DNA of 63,359 nucleotides, the filler included, from Choristocarpus tenellus KU-1152 (taxonomy: Eukaryota; Protista; Phaeophyceae), in the NCBI GenBank assembly GCA_964200185.2. It is 9 parts of 9 records of this genome, joined end to end, with 100 filler letters (N's around TTAATTAATTAA, not from the genome) between each part and the next. Parts side by side here need not be neighbours in the genome. Positions count along the whole stretch, not along the records: positions 9,597 to 31,790 come from CAXNAD020000298.1; positions 31,891 to 37,667 come from CAXNAD020009780.1; positions 37,768 to 40,868 come from CAXNAD020022323.1; 6 more parts are not named here. One strand, 5' to 3'. Under the pieces are notes generated by a model. The model ran no database searches. It saw only the letters and a program-made list of their open reading frames with translations, and had not been told where the DNA came from. How positions within the stretch are numbered: position 1 is the stretch's first letter; every line of letters begins with the position of its first letter. Of the stretch, positions 24,421 through 37,859 are shown piece by piece. The position numbers and the translations under genes are program-made.

Positions 24421-27400
24421 GGACGAGTACTGTACTTTGTGTGGAATATGGTTAGAGTGGTCTAGTCCAATAGTGATAAATGGTGTGAGAGACATTTTTT
24501 TTTTTCATTTTGTTCAATTTCTGGTTGAATATACTGTGAATGCATGCTGTGTGGAACCATCCTCAAAATTGGGGTTTGGGTTGGGGTTTGAGTTGGGGTT
24601 GAGGCACTTTGCCCTCACCAAGGGCTGATAAACTGGTCTAGGGATGGAGCAGGAAGAGGTGGGTTGATGAATGGACAATGTGTAAGTATGTCCATCAGGT
24701 ACAGGACGACTGTGTATGGAAAGGAGGCCACCAACATGACCTTTGTATGGCAGTTTGGTGCTGTTGCCAGGAATGGAGGGGATTGTGTTATTCCTACTAA
24801 TTTAAGTGTTGGAGGTAAGAGAGATACACCATAGGAGCAACATGGGGGGTGTTTTCCCAACTGGAGAGTGATGTGTGTGTATGTTGATTGAGGTCTGGGT
24901 TCTGGCTTCTCATTACAATGCAAACGACCATGTGAAGAGTGTTTCGACTCTGTTGTTGTTCATGACCTTGAGTAGGACAGATACATGTTGATCAAGGCTG
25001 TATTGTTATTGTTTGTCCTGGACGGAGGGATGGATATTCATCACCTGACAGATGTGCAGGAAGGAGATAGGCAATTTGGTAATCTCGAACCATTGACCAA
25101 TGGCGTTTGTCTTGGTGAGTTCTTGAGTATGGGATATGGATTGATAACGTGCATAGCTAGGGAGTAGACCCTGGCGCGGGAGCTACTGGTGGTGTTCTGC
25201 TCAGGATGGATTAAGGGAGAGGATGCAAAGATCGATAGGGCCAGTTGTGAAAGTCGGTTGTATTTTGGTAGTTAGCAGCTGTGGGTTAGCAGTTATTGGA
25301 GTTGGATTGGGTAAATATTTCTGTATGTTGTCTTGATATGTTTTGGTCAAAGGGTAGAACTGCAGTCAGTTGCTGCATTGATGCTTTCCTGTTGTTTTAT
25401 TTAGTACTGAAGTATGTTGTACATTGAGGAGTATCTCTGGTATATTGTAGTCCTTATAGTGATAGAGCGGTTATCAGTTATGGGATGCTCCGAGTCAAAG
25501 TAAACGGGAGGTATGCAGAGTTGCATTTGAAGGGTGATGACAAAAATGTGCAATTTTTATTTAATTCTTTTTACAAATATATAGAGCAATCAATGCTCTC
25601 AACTGAAAATGCAAAACGACCAAAACCTGGGAACGTCCGGTTTACTTTGGCCCTTTGCAGTCATTTTGAGATTTGAGTGACTTGCTCCTGGGAGTGGTTA
25701 CGACTCTATGACCTTTTGCATGTCCAACCAACCCCCGAACTGTGTTTGATGAGGTGACTATGGCAGCAGGTGCCAAGGAAAGGACAAGCCAAATCAAAAT
25801 TGTCGTCATTCCTCTGTATCTGTTTGGTCAAGTTTGATGAATTGAGATAGGACACTTCCTAGTCTTGCAAACCCTACGTGCCCATCAGCATACCAGAACG
25901 ACATTGGGAGTCCTGCACAAGAGGGGTGAGGAGTAGCGGTAGCACGACAGTATGATTGCGCATTTTCCAGTTTGGTCTGATACCTCTTTGACACATTGGT
26001 CTCCAGGAATAATACACAATCACCTATAACTTAACCTGTTCAGAAAAACACCCACACGTCACTACAGCCAAAGTAAGGTACACGGTTTTGGACTCTTTTT
26101 GCCAGAAGGATCAGTTAGTGGCTTACTCACTATTAAGTAAGGGAGTTGTTCCTTGCATGAATTTCTCGGGTTTGAATGTCATCAACGATAGACATCTTTT
26201 CACAGAAATCCAGTTTCTATCGTCCAATTCTACATGGCAACCACAATAGTTGATACATCGGCACAATATCCACTATCCTTTTAAAGGAAAATATACAGAG
26301 GCGATTGACCAAAATATAATGCAGTACATGTCTCTAAAGGGGTTAGGAATCAAACACCAATACAATATATCAGTGAATAAAGTACAGGGTAGAGGGGCTG
26401 AAGGTGGGAGTTGAAGGATCTGTGTTGTGGTTTTGAATCAGATACTGATGTTGAGTCCCACATAGACTACAAAACATAGAATTATGAAGTACTTGTATTG
26501 TGAAGTAATATATTGGGTTTGCAGAGTTCAGTGTTTAGAAAATCGTAGGTAGGTTAAGGTTGTGGTAATTAGTGTTGCACAATTTGATTAAGGAGTATTG
26601 GAGGTATGTAACTATTGTCGTATATGGCATTTCCAAAGTTGCTGTATGGTCTTCATCTACCCTCCCATTTATTGTAGATGCAGGGTAATTGAACTTGGTT
26701 CTCTTCCATAGTCAGTTGCAGAATGTACATGTGGATTGAGGTAACCATGAAATGAATCTGATAATAACGCCGGGTCAAGATCAAGGTTGGAACGTCATAG
26801 TAATCCCAGCAGAAGATTCGGGTGAGGAGACGGAACAACGAGTTGTGGGAGTGTTGAACACATTGCACGAGAAGCAAGACACAAACGGTACAGGGCGTAA
26901 TACCTTACACACACACACATATATATTACACTCCTGAAATATTTTTTCCGATTCCAACTTGGTATCCTTTCTTTGTACGTGTACGTATGGGGTCCATAAA
27001 ACGGCAAAAGATATTCCTATACCAATATTTTGTATGCATACGGAGGAGTCCCCATCTCTTCAAAATATCAGTTGTCAGTAGTCGACAAAAATAATACACA
27101 GTAGGAAGGTACTTCTTCCACGTGATAGCACCATCTGCAAAATGTCAGTGGTCATAGCAACATAATCCGGAGTATTTAGTAGCCCTGAGGATTGGAGCTC
27201 TGCACTCTCGCCCCTGTCTTTATCTGGTGCCAGCAGGATGGGAGGTGCATGGTGCCACAGAGCGCTGTGGATCTCTTTCTCTCACTATGAACCATAAAAA
27301 CACAGTAGTAGTCCTAAATAGTGCCATCAGAGCAGCATCACAGGGCTCCTTGTGCGCACACAGCGATCCCATTGCACTGTGCAGTCGAGGTGTTGCGCCA

Positions 27401-30400
27401 CAGCAATTCCCAAGTGCAACATTGCTAACATCTCATTTACAGTATATCCCCTCCCCACGTCGCCAGGAGTATTGCTTGTTGTGTGATGTCTAGATTCATC
27501 ACAGTGCATGGAGACTGTTGTATATGTAGATCACTGTGACTGGTGAAGTGATGTAGAAACAGAGTATATGTCTGCCACTACTCATGAAGTCTGGGTCGAA
27601 ATTTCCTTCGTGGCCTAGAAACTATAATTTCAAGCCAGGAGTTCCTCAACAAGTTGGTTACAGTATCGCAGATAGGCAGCAGTAGTGTTGTAGAAATATC
27701 TATGCAAGGTTGCACAATGAAGTTGAACAGACAGGTGTATGTATCTCTTCATCGATATGTACCCTCGCTCTGAGTTCGGGTACAGTATTTGATTCTATTG
27801 CGCTTCAGAATTTGTCAAGAGTGGTCCACAGACAGGAGCTCCGGTACGTCTAGACTTCTAGTCCTCATCTCTCGAAAATGAAGGAGCTCAAAAAAAAGAG
27901 ACAACTGTCCTGTGTTTCTGCCTGTATTACCCTACCTTGGAACTAGAAGACATCACCCACGAATCTGCCGCCCACATTGTACAACACGCAGAAGAACCAT
28001 CACCAGAAAAGGTAAATAATACGATAATAAGTACACACAATAGTACACCCTCTCACAGAGGAATCTGGTCAGTGACTCCTCCCTGTGATGATGTCTACTC
28101 CGAATTTCGCAATCCAAGACTACACAGTAAAGAAGCAACAACATTGATATGCGTCACGAACTTCATAGTAACATACTATGTGTACAACCCACCTGACTGC
28201 GCTTCTTCCTGTTTGGGTCAATAACCGCGCACAACCTGTTTTCTTAGGTGAATCGCTGGTGCTGATAATATATTATCTGATATATATACTACTCCAGAGT
28301 ATTATTGTTCACAGTAGTAGCATACCACTCCAAGCATAATCAAATCGGCGGTAGTGGTTGTTTCGGAACATTAACACAACCCTACAAGGCCTCTACATGC
28401 GCCAAATAGCAACACTTCCAACACGCAATGGTTCCAACATTGACCGGCATTCAATCTTGCTGCTATTGCAAACCACGTTCATGGGGTCAGCGCTCCTCCA
28501 CTTTGAATAGTGCGGTCAATGTTACCAGATATACTTGCACCGAAATTACAGAGGCCCATTATTACGCGATCCTATCTGATATAGAGTTGTGAACCACAAC
28601 AGTTTATCAGTTCAGTTGAACTACTCCAGTAATTGAGAAATAACCCAGATCATAATGGGAAAAATCTCGCATTGATTAACCTCCACTTTCCCGAAACTGT
28701 TGTATCATTGAAATAATTTCATATCATTGGCTATTCATATCTGTGTTTATTGTACCAAGGTGAACGCCTAACCAATGCAGATCTGTTTTGGTTGTGTTCC
28801 TTGTAGGTATAGATTCCAAGAATTCTGTGTGTAAAATAGTTTATTGATATAAGTCATGAGTAATCCATCTTTTGTCTTCTTTGCAGTCAACCAACCCCTC
28901 AAGCTACACATTCTAAAGCAATTCCTTGACCAGAACATAATGAGCAACAACCAGTCTCAGATGCTACAGGGGATCGTGCTTGTGGCAATAAATGATAAAT
29001 ACAGAATGAGTGTAATGAATCTTGCGTGTCTGGAGGGGCCCCTCATTAGTCAGGGGGCCAATCGCCTCACCTCGTGTGCTGACAGTAGTTGAATAGAGTA
29101 GAAATATGCTTTCTAGTCGATTGAATACTAGAATTCTTTCGGTTTGTAAGACTATCAAGTAAGGTATTTTTCGACATATGCCTCAAGTATGGCGCCATCA
29201 ACCACTTGTGCAGCCTGTATCAAGCCCCTGAACACTTGAAGCAAAAATAGAGCCGAGCAAAACATATTTTACAGCAGCACCCTCTCAACACATACTGATA
29301 AAAATCAATCCCATGTACTGCAGTTAATGAATGGTTCAGCCCTCGCCCGGATAGTGTGAGCAATGTCTTCGTGCTTCTCTGGGTCAACGATAAGGTCTCT
29401 GTGAGGGGGAGGTGGGTAGAGGAAGCAGCATCTTAGAGGTCGGAAAGCAGAGCATCAAAACTATACAATTTTCACCTGTTGTGAAGCCAACATACATTGC
29501 CCCTCAGTCATATTCTGGCACGGACAGGGAGGCAGAGGTTCTTTGGGTCATACCTAACTGCTAAACTCAAGTAATACTCAAACTAACCCACGAACCCACC
29601 CACTCATACATACAGCCTGTCCAAGTACGAATCTCTAAAACATGAACACAACACTACCTTGGGTCAACAACGTGGGTATTCTCCTCCCCGATATTGCAAA
29701 TATATATATATGAAGTTGAAGTAGTTATTATTAATAGTATTTTTACAACAGTGTTAATTTTTATATATATATATATATATTACTTCATGGCATAGCCTGA
29801 GGTGCTTCATAATATTAACTTGACTACAGCCTGCAGCTGTACGCAGTATCTACTCTAGCTCGCTACAAGTATATCCTTTGTTGACCTATTAACAAAGCCT
29901 CTCAATATCTTGCCAATATCATCTACAGGTGGATAAAGCTAGCATATCTGTCATCACACCATCTCTAATCTCTCCATCACACATATCAAGAGGATAATAG
30001 TAGTAGCGACTGCTCAACACATGACTACCCTCCTAACCAGAAACACTTTCATGTGACAATCAAGCCCCACCAAATAAGTTGCAAAACACATGGAGAGCAA
30101 AATAAGTCACAGTTCAGGGTTAAAAATGACACTCCTCTCTGCACCTGATACCCACTGAAATCTAAAATCTACCATGTACTAAAGTATCGAACAGCAACAC
30201 TTAAACTATAGTAACAGAACACTTTCAGGGTGTACTGACTCAAATATCAACAGTTGTAGTAGCATAAATCCTGGCGTGAGTCCTTACACTATTGAGGGCA
30301 CTACCTACACAACAAGTGGACCACTGCTACAGCAGTAGGACTTGTTTTGGAGCAAAAGGGATGCCAAGCATGTGGCAGCACTTAGAGCAAACAAACTTGT

Positions 30401-30640
30401 GGTTGTACTCATATATCGCAACCACCAAGCAAGGGTGTCTGCACTTTGTATTGCCCCTTGATGATATGAGTCAAGGTGTTATCACAACATTATCACAATG
30501 CAGATCAAGACTTTCATGTTGTGGCATTGCTCTGGATCACAACACAGATATGTCAGATGCTTCAGAATTTGAGGCCTAGCACCTAGTACTCTCATCTGGA
30601 GTTGAGAGCTTTATTTTATCTTAAATCCTTACGGAGTCAA

Positions 30641-30682
30641 TACATACATACATACATACATACATACATACATACATACATA
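30641..30682. repeat. (TACA)n microsatellite followed by CA/TA repeats
   Basis: Direct reading of the sequence. Confidence 0.9.
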
Positions 30683-31565
30683 ATACACACACACACACAT
30701 ATGTATATATATACATATATCTGATGATGCTATAGCAATCTCTCACCGGCATTGTTGCTGTATATCTGTGCCCAACATCGGGAGAGGGAAAAGTTCTTTC
30801 ACGCCTGGGTCCACCTTGCCAAATATCCTAGTGATACAAAAAAAAGGAATTACAAACATGAGGAAAAAAAAAAAATTGATACAAAGAGTGGGTGGCATTA
30901 GTAACAAGGCAAGCTCAAGAGAGGCGGGAGAGGGGGATGTAGTCAGTAGCAAAGTGTAGCGACTGACTGACTGCCCAGGTAGAGTCACACATATTTAAGT
31001 GATGATGCTTCCCCCCCCCCTCCTTCATATGCCCTTGACTTAATCCATCCTGGAAGCTAATCCATCCTGGAAGCTAACCTATAACAGAAAGCTGATACTA
31101 ATAGTCAGTACCGTGGGTCTGCTCCACATATGCCCACCCCAAACCCCGTCCAATAACCGACGCTTGCAACTCAACGGAGCAGACTTACATAGGATACACG
31201 CAAACTAAACAAGTCCATACTCAAATCTTGTACCGGTGTGATTCCAAAACGCCCACACAGTAGTAGGAAAAACATACGGAATGCATTTGCAGAGTTGAGC
31301 TACTCTGATGGCTTTTTTATGCCCTGTATCCTGGAAGGGTACTACTGTACTCCGTATTGATGGTGCTGTCGCTGTACAAAGGATTAGAAAGAGAATGTGT
31401 CTAGAGGACGGTAGACAATATATCTCAGAGGGAACTAACCAACTCTATGGCATGGTCATGTTCTAGCACCCTTCTGAACGAGATACGCTCTACAACATTA
31501 AATTAAAAATACTACTTCAGCAGCAAGAAAATACACAACGGACAATGCCTGAACATACGCCAAGC

Positions 31566-31710
31566 ACACATAACCGTTCCACACATAACCGACACACATA
31601 AGCGTTCCACACATAACCGACACACATAACCGTTCCACACATAACCGACACACATAACCGTTCCACACATAACCGTTCCACACATAACCGACACACATAA
31701 CCGTTCCACA
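31566..31710. repeat. Two-unit minisatellite (ACACATAACCGTTCC / ACACATAACCGAC)
   Basis: About 10 units of 15 and 13 bp, mostly alternating. Confidence 0.95.
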
Positions 31711-32678
31711 TTGAATTTGGAGAGCTTACCCCACACCATGAATCACCATCGTAGATAGTAATAATCGTATTCCCCGAGGAGAGTATCCCGNNNNNNNNNN
31801 NNNNNNNNNNNNNNNNNNNNNNNNNNNNNNNNNNTTAATTAATTAANNNNNNNNNNNNNNNNNNNNNNNNNNNNNNNNNNNNNNNNNNNNCCCCCCCCTC
31901 CAGATACTTTGAGCCTGAAAGATTTTTATTTTTACAGGGATAGTTTATTCTTTGTTTCTATTGACTTGTATTTTTCGATGTTTTTTTTTTCTCTAAGAAT
32001 ATGGCGTGGGTCCATTCTATGTATTGGTAACATAGTACCATGGAGAATTTGTATTGCTTTGTTATTGCACACTGGAGTTTATTTTCAAGTTTATTTCATA
32101 GTATGTGCATTTGCCCTTTCATTCATGCTTGCATAATTCTGATGGCGGACACTACTCCAATGTTACACAAAGAAGACAATGACTCTTTCCCCCACGGCCC
32201 TCCCTAAGTGTCGTATCCTCTTACCCCAAGTTGCCCCACACTCTACTGTTAAGAGTTTGAAAGTTTGATTGCAAGGTGATCATACCCTTCTAAAAAATTA
32301 CTTCAAAATTCCACTAGAGCACAAAATAGGAAGCATATGTGTACATAGAAAAAGGTTAGTGTTAGGAGTTGGAGGATGAAGGGATGGCGAAAGTGTTTTC
32401 AATTTGACACATGAAGTAGGGGTGATTTTGTCAAGGTATTCCCCAATCAGTGGACACTTGATCATGGGTTTGGCTTTGGGGAGGGGGGCGACTCCTGAAT
32501 TTTGTGATGTGGGTACTTTCTGTATATCTCGAATCTATGATGCATGCTCTGTCCAAAATTTTGAATATCAGTCCTTTGAAATGATGGTCTCCGACGCTCA
32601 ACTACTCCCTAACCCTAATTTCTAACCCTAAATCTATCCTCAACCGCCTCTGGATTCCTTCATGTTATACCTGGGAAG

Positions 32679-35600
32679 GTTCTGAAATGTGTTGCAGGAG
32701 GCAACTCCAAGGCTACTACTCTCAAGAAACATGCGCTTCCTGCCATGGAGGCCATCTTGCGTGAGGTACTTGTGTAGTCAAGTGGGAGATAAGGGTGTGT
32801 GTGTGTGTGTGTTGGGGGGGGGGTAGGGCCGTGTGCACTTCAGTATTGTGATTTTTCCCTGTCAAAAAATTGATGGTTATGAGGTGCATTGGCAATTATG
32901 ATGCAAGGGGTGCCCAATGCCAATATTTTCAAGTGTTCTTTTCTTCTGATCCCCAACACCAACCCTAACTCTAACTCTGTAACCCTAACTCTAACCCTAT
33001 GTAACTAAGATGGATGAGAACATGACCTTGATGGTGACGGCCTGTATAATAGAACATATTGAAGGAGATTTGGTGTGGGAAAGAGACCCCGTTTTTGTGC
33101 CTACTTGCATGGTTATGTGGGGATGTGTGTGCCTTGAAGGCATCATACTTTGAATGAACTCTCGAATCAGTGAACCCTCGAATCAGTGACAGGTTAATTT
33201 TTTTTTTTCAGACCCTAAACAACCTTTGTTGAGGTTGAAGTCGTGGGTTATGGTAAGGTCTAGGGGTCATGGTTTTGCCTGTTTTTAGTATTATTTCCTT
33301 TGTTTTGTAGGTATGTATTCGTTATGGTTAGGGTTATGGTTAGGGTTATGGTTAGGATTATTATTAGGAGTAAGCTGTCAACAAGGGAGCTATGGACAAT
33401 AGACATGTGTGGGGTGACAATGTCTAGATAATCCCCTTAAAGTATGCCTGCAATATTTTTTTTGTCCCCTCAACAGCACCTTTTTTTGGTTCCTTTGGTT
33501 GCTCAAATTTGACCGCCTTCTTGCCTTTCCCCCCTTGAATCTGAACCTCACTTGCAATAACAGCCTGACACATTCCCCCTCTCTCCTCTCCTACCCCTCA
33601 CCCTGTCATGACATCAGGTGGCAAGGTACACAGCATCTGTGGGTGAGTCTGAGCGTTCCACACTTGACCACTTTCTTCGTCTCTGGCTGGGTACCTTGGA
33701 AGGAAATCATCCGTCAAAAGAGGTGAGAGAAAGTCTGCCGAGGGAGAGAGTAGAGCAACAACAGTGGTCGTGTGGGGGCATGGGAGGCGGGGGGGGTGTA
33801 AGGAGATAATGTCGTGGAAAACATAGTGGTGGCATATGTTCCTGATTTTGTTGTTTTCGGCATTGTTTGGGACTGGGACTGGGACTGGGACTGGGACTGG
33901 GACTGGGACTGGGACTGGGATTGGGATATATTTTTCAGGAGTAGCATTTTGTTGGGGGGAGAGGTTGTTGGGGTCACAGGATTGGATTTGGGTTTGAGGG
34001 TTGCTCATGTGTGTATTGACCGAAATTACCACCAACTATTTCTCCAAGGTTAGGGTTAGTTGTGATCCTTCTGAGGAAGTATCTTTGTATGAACCTTGCA
34101 TTTCCTGATCCCTGTCCCATTGCCCCAGGATACAGTGGTGGCGCTGACAGGGCTTGCCTCTTTCAGTTGTGCAGCAATGGTGTTATGCAGCAGGGACGAG
34201 GCGGCCAATATCATGCACCGCCTCTGTGTATGCCTTGACAGCACTGTGAGAATCTAGTTAGGGTTAGAGTCAGGGTTGGGGCTGGAGCTGGGGCTGGGGT
34301 AGAACTTGCCGTTAGGTTTGAATTTTGGGTTTGGTTTAGGGTTGGGGTTAGGGTTGGGGCTAGGGTTAGGGTATGGTTAGGATTAGGATTTAGGTTAGGG
34401 TTGAGTTATAACGTCCAGGTAAGGTTGGGTTTGGGCTTGGTGTAATGTTAGAGTTTGAAGTTTTAGTCCCAGGATGGGATTTTTCAAGGTATGATATTAT
34501 ATAGACAGGGTTGCTTGGGACTATACTTGGGATCTTGGCTCTTTTGAAGAGAGAGGGGAACCTGCTGGTTGTTTTTCTTGGAGTAGATGTCCTTGTGCAA
34601 CAATTTTATCTTTGTATTGATGGGTCCATTCTTGTCCCTTTTGTATGTATGCCGTGTTTATACTATTATGACATACAAGAGTGAGTGTTACTGCTGTATT
34701 TTTGAGACCTCGAGAGTGGAGTTAGAGTTAGGGTTGAGATTAGGATTGGCTTTAGAGTTGGAGTTCAGGGGATAGGGCTGGGGCTAGATGGATGGAGTAA
34801 GGGTTAGGGTTAGGGTTAGGGTTAGGCCTAGGGTTAGGGCTAGGCTCATCCACTGTGGGGTTGTGTGCAATCCTATTGTGTTCTACACCTGGTCATCTAT
34901 CTAGATGTTTGTAGTTTGTGCCCTGGGGCTGTGATTGTCATCAGAGTGCACACACAGTTCTGCTAGCATTAATATAGTAGTATGAATTGCTGGTGTATTA
35001 TTATTTTAATATTTGAAGGTGCTGCTGTGCTTGGTTTAGGGTTCAAAACAAAAAGTTTGTGCTATCCTTGATAGGTTGGCTATCTCTATGTGTCCATCTA
35101 TACGGCTGTTTGTAGTGTATTGTGTGTTTGAGAATAGGGTGTACAAACCTATGTTTTGTGCGTGTTGGCTCAACCTTGACCATTGCTCTAAGGGTGATGC
35201 GATTGCCAGAACATTGTGAACTAGAACTGTAAATTTGGACCTGTATGCATTGGAATGCTAGGAGCTTTTCCTGTACTAACAAAATATTGGCAGAATATCC
35301 CACATCCCTCTAAACATTTATCCTGTTGCTTTCTCTACGTACAGCAAAATAATTGTTTTTCATGCCTGTCCTTTTCAATCCACTTTGGGGACTTGTACTC
35401 TCCTGAGAGAATATCGTTCATTCAAGGTCATTGAAGCTCCGACACCCACCGCTTTCTTCATCCATATTTTCTCAACTTCTCTGCCAGTATCTTATCCCCT
35501 CCACTACCCTCCCCCCCCCGTGTCACACCCTACCATCTAGTTAGTCCAACCACACACCTTCCTTTGCTTATGGAATGGTCTATGTCAGCCTCTGCACACA

Positions 35601-37553
35601 GGCAGACTGTCCGGTTTGAGCCTTTTTGTTATTCCTTGTAAATAATCCCCCAACCTCTCCTTCTCCTCCCTCTTTTTGTGGTTTCTGTTTTCTAGCTGGG
35701 TCGCTTGCAGGGATTGGGGATCACCCCAGACGAGGAGGAGGAAGAGGAGGAAGGGTCTTACGGGGACCTAGAGGCTAGTGGAAGTGGGGTAGAGGGGGGA
35801 AGGGATGGTGGATTTTACGGCAGTCAAGGAAGAGGACGGGTTCTAATTGTGGAGGCATTTTTCCTTCGAACATTGGCCTGTTGGGCTGGAGCCGTGGGAG
35901 GCATTGTTGCAAACTACCAGAGGAAGGTCAACACGGCCACAACAGCAATAGCATCAAAGGAAATTGTGGGAATGACATCTAGGGCTGTGGGGGCAGGGGT
36001 GGGTGGTACCTCGATGGTACTCCTGGAGTCGGGTGTAAGATTGGATAGTGAAGTGGTTGGGGCAGGGACAGGGGCAGGGGCAGAAGGCTGGGGGAGTGGT
36101 GGTGGGCAGGGTGTTCCAGTGTACGTTGTAAAGAGGATGGAAGGTATGGCAACGGATTTGGTAGAGAATTATGCATTGCTCAAGGTATTGGACAGGAGGG
36201 TGGCTTCTGGGGCACTGAGTCAGCTGTGGCTCTCGCTGGCAGGGCCAGGGCAGGTCAGGAAAGAGAGAAGGGTGGGAAGTGGTATTTGTGGTGGGAATGG
36301 GGAAGCTGTTATGTTTGGATAGATGCTGTGCTGAGGTGGTTATTGTGAATGGGTGATGGTTGCTGAGTGTGGTATTGGCTACTTGGCTTTGGTTGATAGT
36401 AATTTTTTGAGGATGATTGGGTTGTGGGAAATCATGGTGGTTATTTGGATGGGGAAAGTGGTTTTGGTTATGAATTGTGATGGATTTCTAATGAGGTTGA
36501 GGTTTCGTATGTATGATGGTTGGTGATTGATGGGGGAGGGTGGTTAAATGGAAGGTGGTTGAATGGAGAGTGATCATGTGAGGGTTGTGGAATGGGGACG
36601 ATATTTCAACGTTGATGACTCATGTTGGCTGGAGGATGTCATATTGATCCGTAGAGGTGAAGGTTGCATTGCAGTATCAGGAAAAAGGAAGATATCCTCT
36701 CATTACATATTGGCAAGAAATTTGGCTTAATGGAATTATCCGAAGAAATGCAATTGTCCTCTCCCCTGCTCGTGAACTGTGCACACAGGGGGATAACCTT
36801 TTCCGCACCTTGAGTGCTGTTGTCCATAAGGGGGTTGTACGAGCAACTGCCATGGAAGGTGTTGAAGATGTGGGGCCTGGAATGGCTAGAGGGGTAGCCC
36901 GGGGGACACCTCGCTGGGTGGCACCTGTGGACCCTCTGACAGGAGAGACAGACACTCGACTGTGCTTCCTCTACGCAGAGATGTGGAGGGAGGTGTGTTG
37001 TGTTTGACCCAATGGTGTTCCTTGTGTATGTTGCCTATGTTTTATGTTTTGGTGGATATGTGGTGGTTTGGACTGTATATGTGGTTCTTTGAAGGACATA
37101 TCGCGTGCGTGCTGTTGCGTAGTTCAGTTAAGTTGAAGTATATACAGAAAATGAATTAGTGAGTGTGGTTTTGGTTGGAGGTGTTTCTGCATCTTTGTGA
37201 GTGAGCTTTTTGAAATCGGAGTTGTTTCAGTATTTTTTCCACTCTAGGTTTCTCTCATAGAAGATCTTGGTAGTATTGTGGAGGTTCAATGAAATTAGGC
37301 CTGGTGAGAGGGGATAGCATTCAAGCGTATGGTAAGGGCTAGGGCTAGGGCGAGGCTTAAACTTACACCCTAAATCTCATCATTCTTATCTGTGTCCCTG
37401 TTATTAGCACTATCTGTACATGTGCTCACATACTGTTTGGTTGGTTGTCTTCAGATCATGGATCCGCCTGAGGAGGAGAACGGTCACCAGCAGGAGTTGT
37501 TTGGGAACCATCATCGGTACACTTTGGATACTGTTCCCATGATCTATGACGAG
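32679..37553 (+). CDS. PRKDC: DNA-dependent protein kinase catalytic subunit, N-terminal HEAT region, internal fragment (6 exons)
   Basis: Phase-0 exons 32679-32765, 33618-33722, 34129-34245, 35696-36253, 36789-36992, 37455-37553. The translation (LKKHALPAMEAILREV..LDHFLRLW..VVALTGLASFS..LSAVVHKGVVRAT..LYAEMWREIM..MIYDE) parallels recalled human DNA-PKcs segments in the same order (LKKAALSALESFLKQV, LQYFMEQF, SIAIRGYGLFA, ISTVVHQGLIRICS, YVDLFRHLL, LLYDEF). Confidence 0.8.
33869..33925. repeat. (GGGACT)n hexamer microsatellite
   Basis: About 9 tandem copies; intronic. Confidence 0.95.
34257..34845 (+). repeat. Degenerate interstitial telomeric (TTAGGG)n arrays in a DNA-PKcs intron
   Basis: GGGTTA and variant hexamers at 34257-34445 and 34720-34845. 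Shorter runs occur at 33322-33370, 38011-38034 and 54402-54418. Confidence 0.9.
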
Positions 37554-37859
37554 GTAGTTACTCCGAGGAACAGTGGGAAGTGGCGAGTCTGGGGGGAGAG
37601 TCTGGGGGGGGGGAAGGGTGAGGTGACCTTGTGTTTGATTGCCTGCCTGGCACATCGTCCATTTATANNNNNNNNNNNNNNNNNNNNNNNNNNNNNNNNN
37701 NNNNNNNNNNNTTAATTAATTAANNNNNNNNNNNNNNNNNNNNNNNNNNNNNNNNNNNNNNNNNNNNGGCCCGGCCCTCTTGCCATTTCTTTTATCTTAT
37801 TTTTGATTTTTTTTTTTTCTTGGAAAATTCTTGTAAAAATCTTGGATTGGGGACGATAG

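Noticed and set aside
24450-31500. Possible viral genes downstream of the ankyrin gene (endogenous virus segment)
   Set aside because: No long ORFs or viral hallmark motifs were recognised.
31498-31739. CRISPR-like array or repeat-protein ORFs
   Set aside because: There are no unique spacers; this is a simple minisatellite, and the ORFs are by-products of it.
36657-36788. 5' part of ORF 36657-37007 as coding
   Set aside because: DNA-PKcs similarity and a CAG acceptor indicate that the exon starts at 36789.
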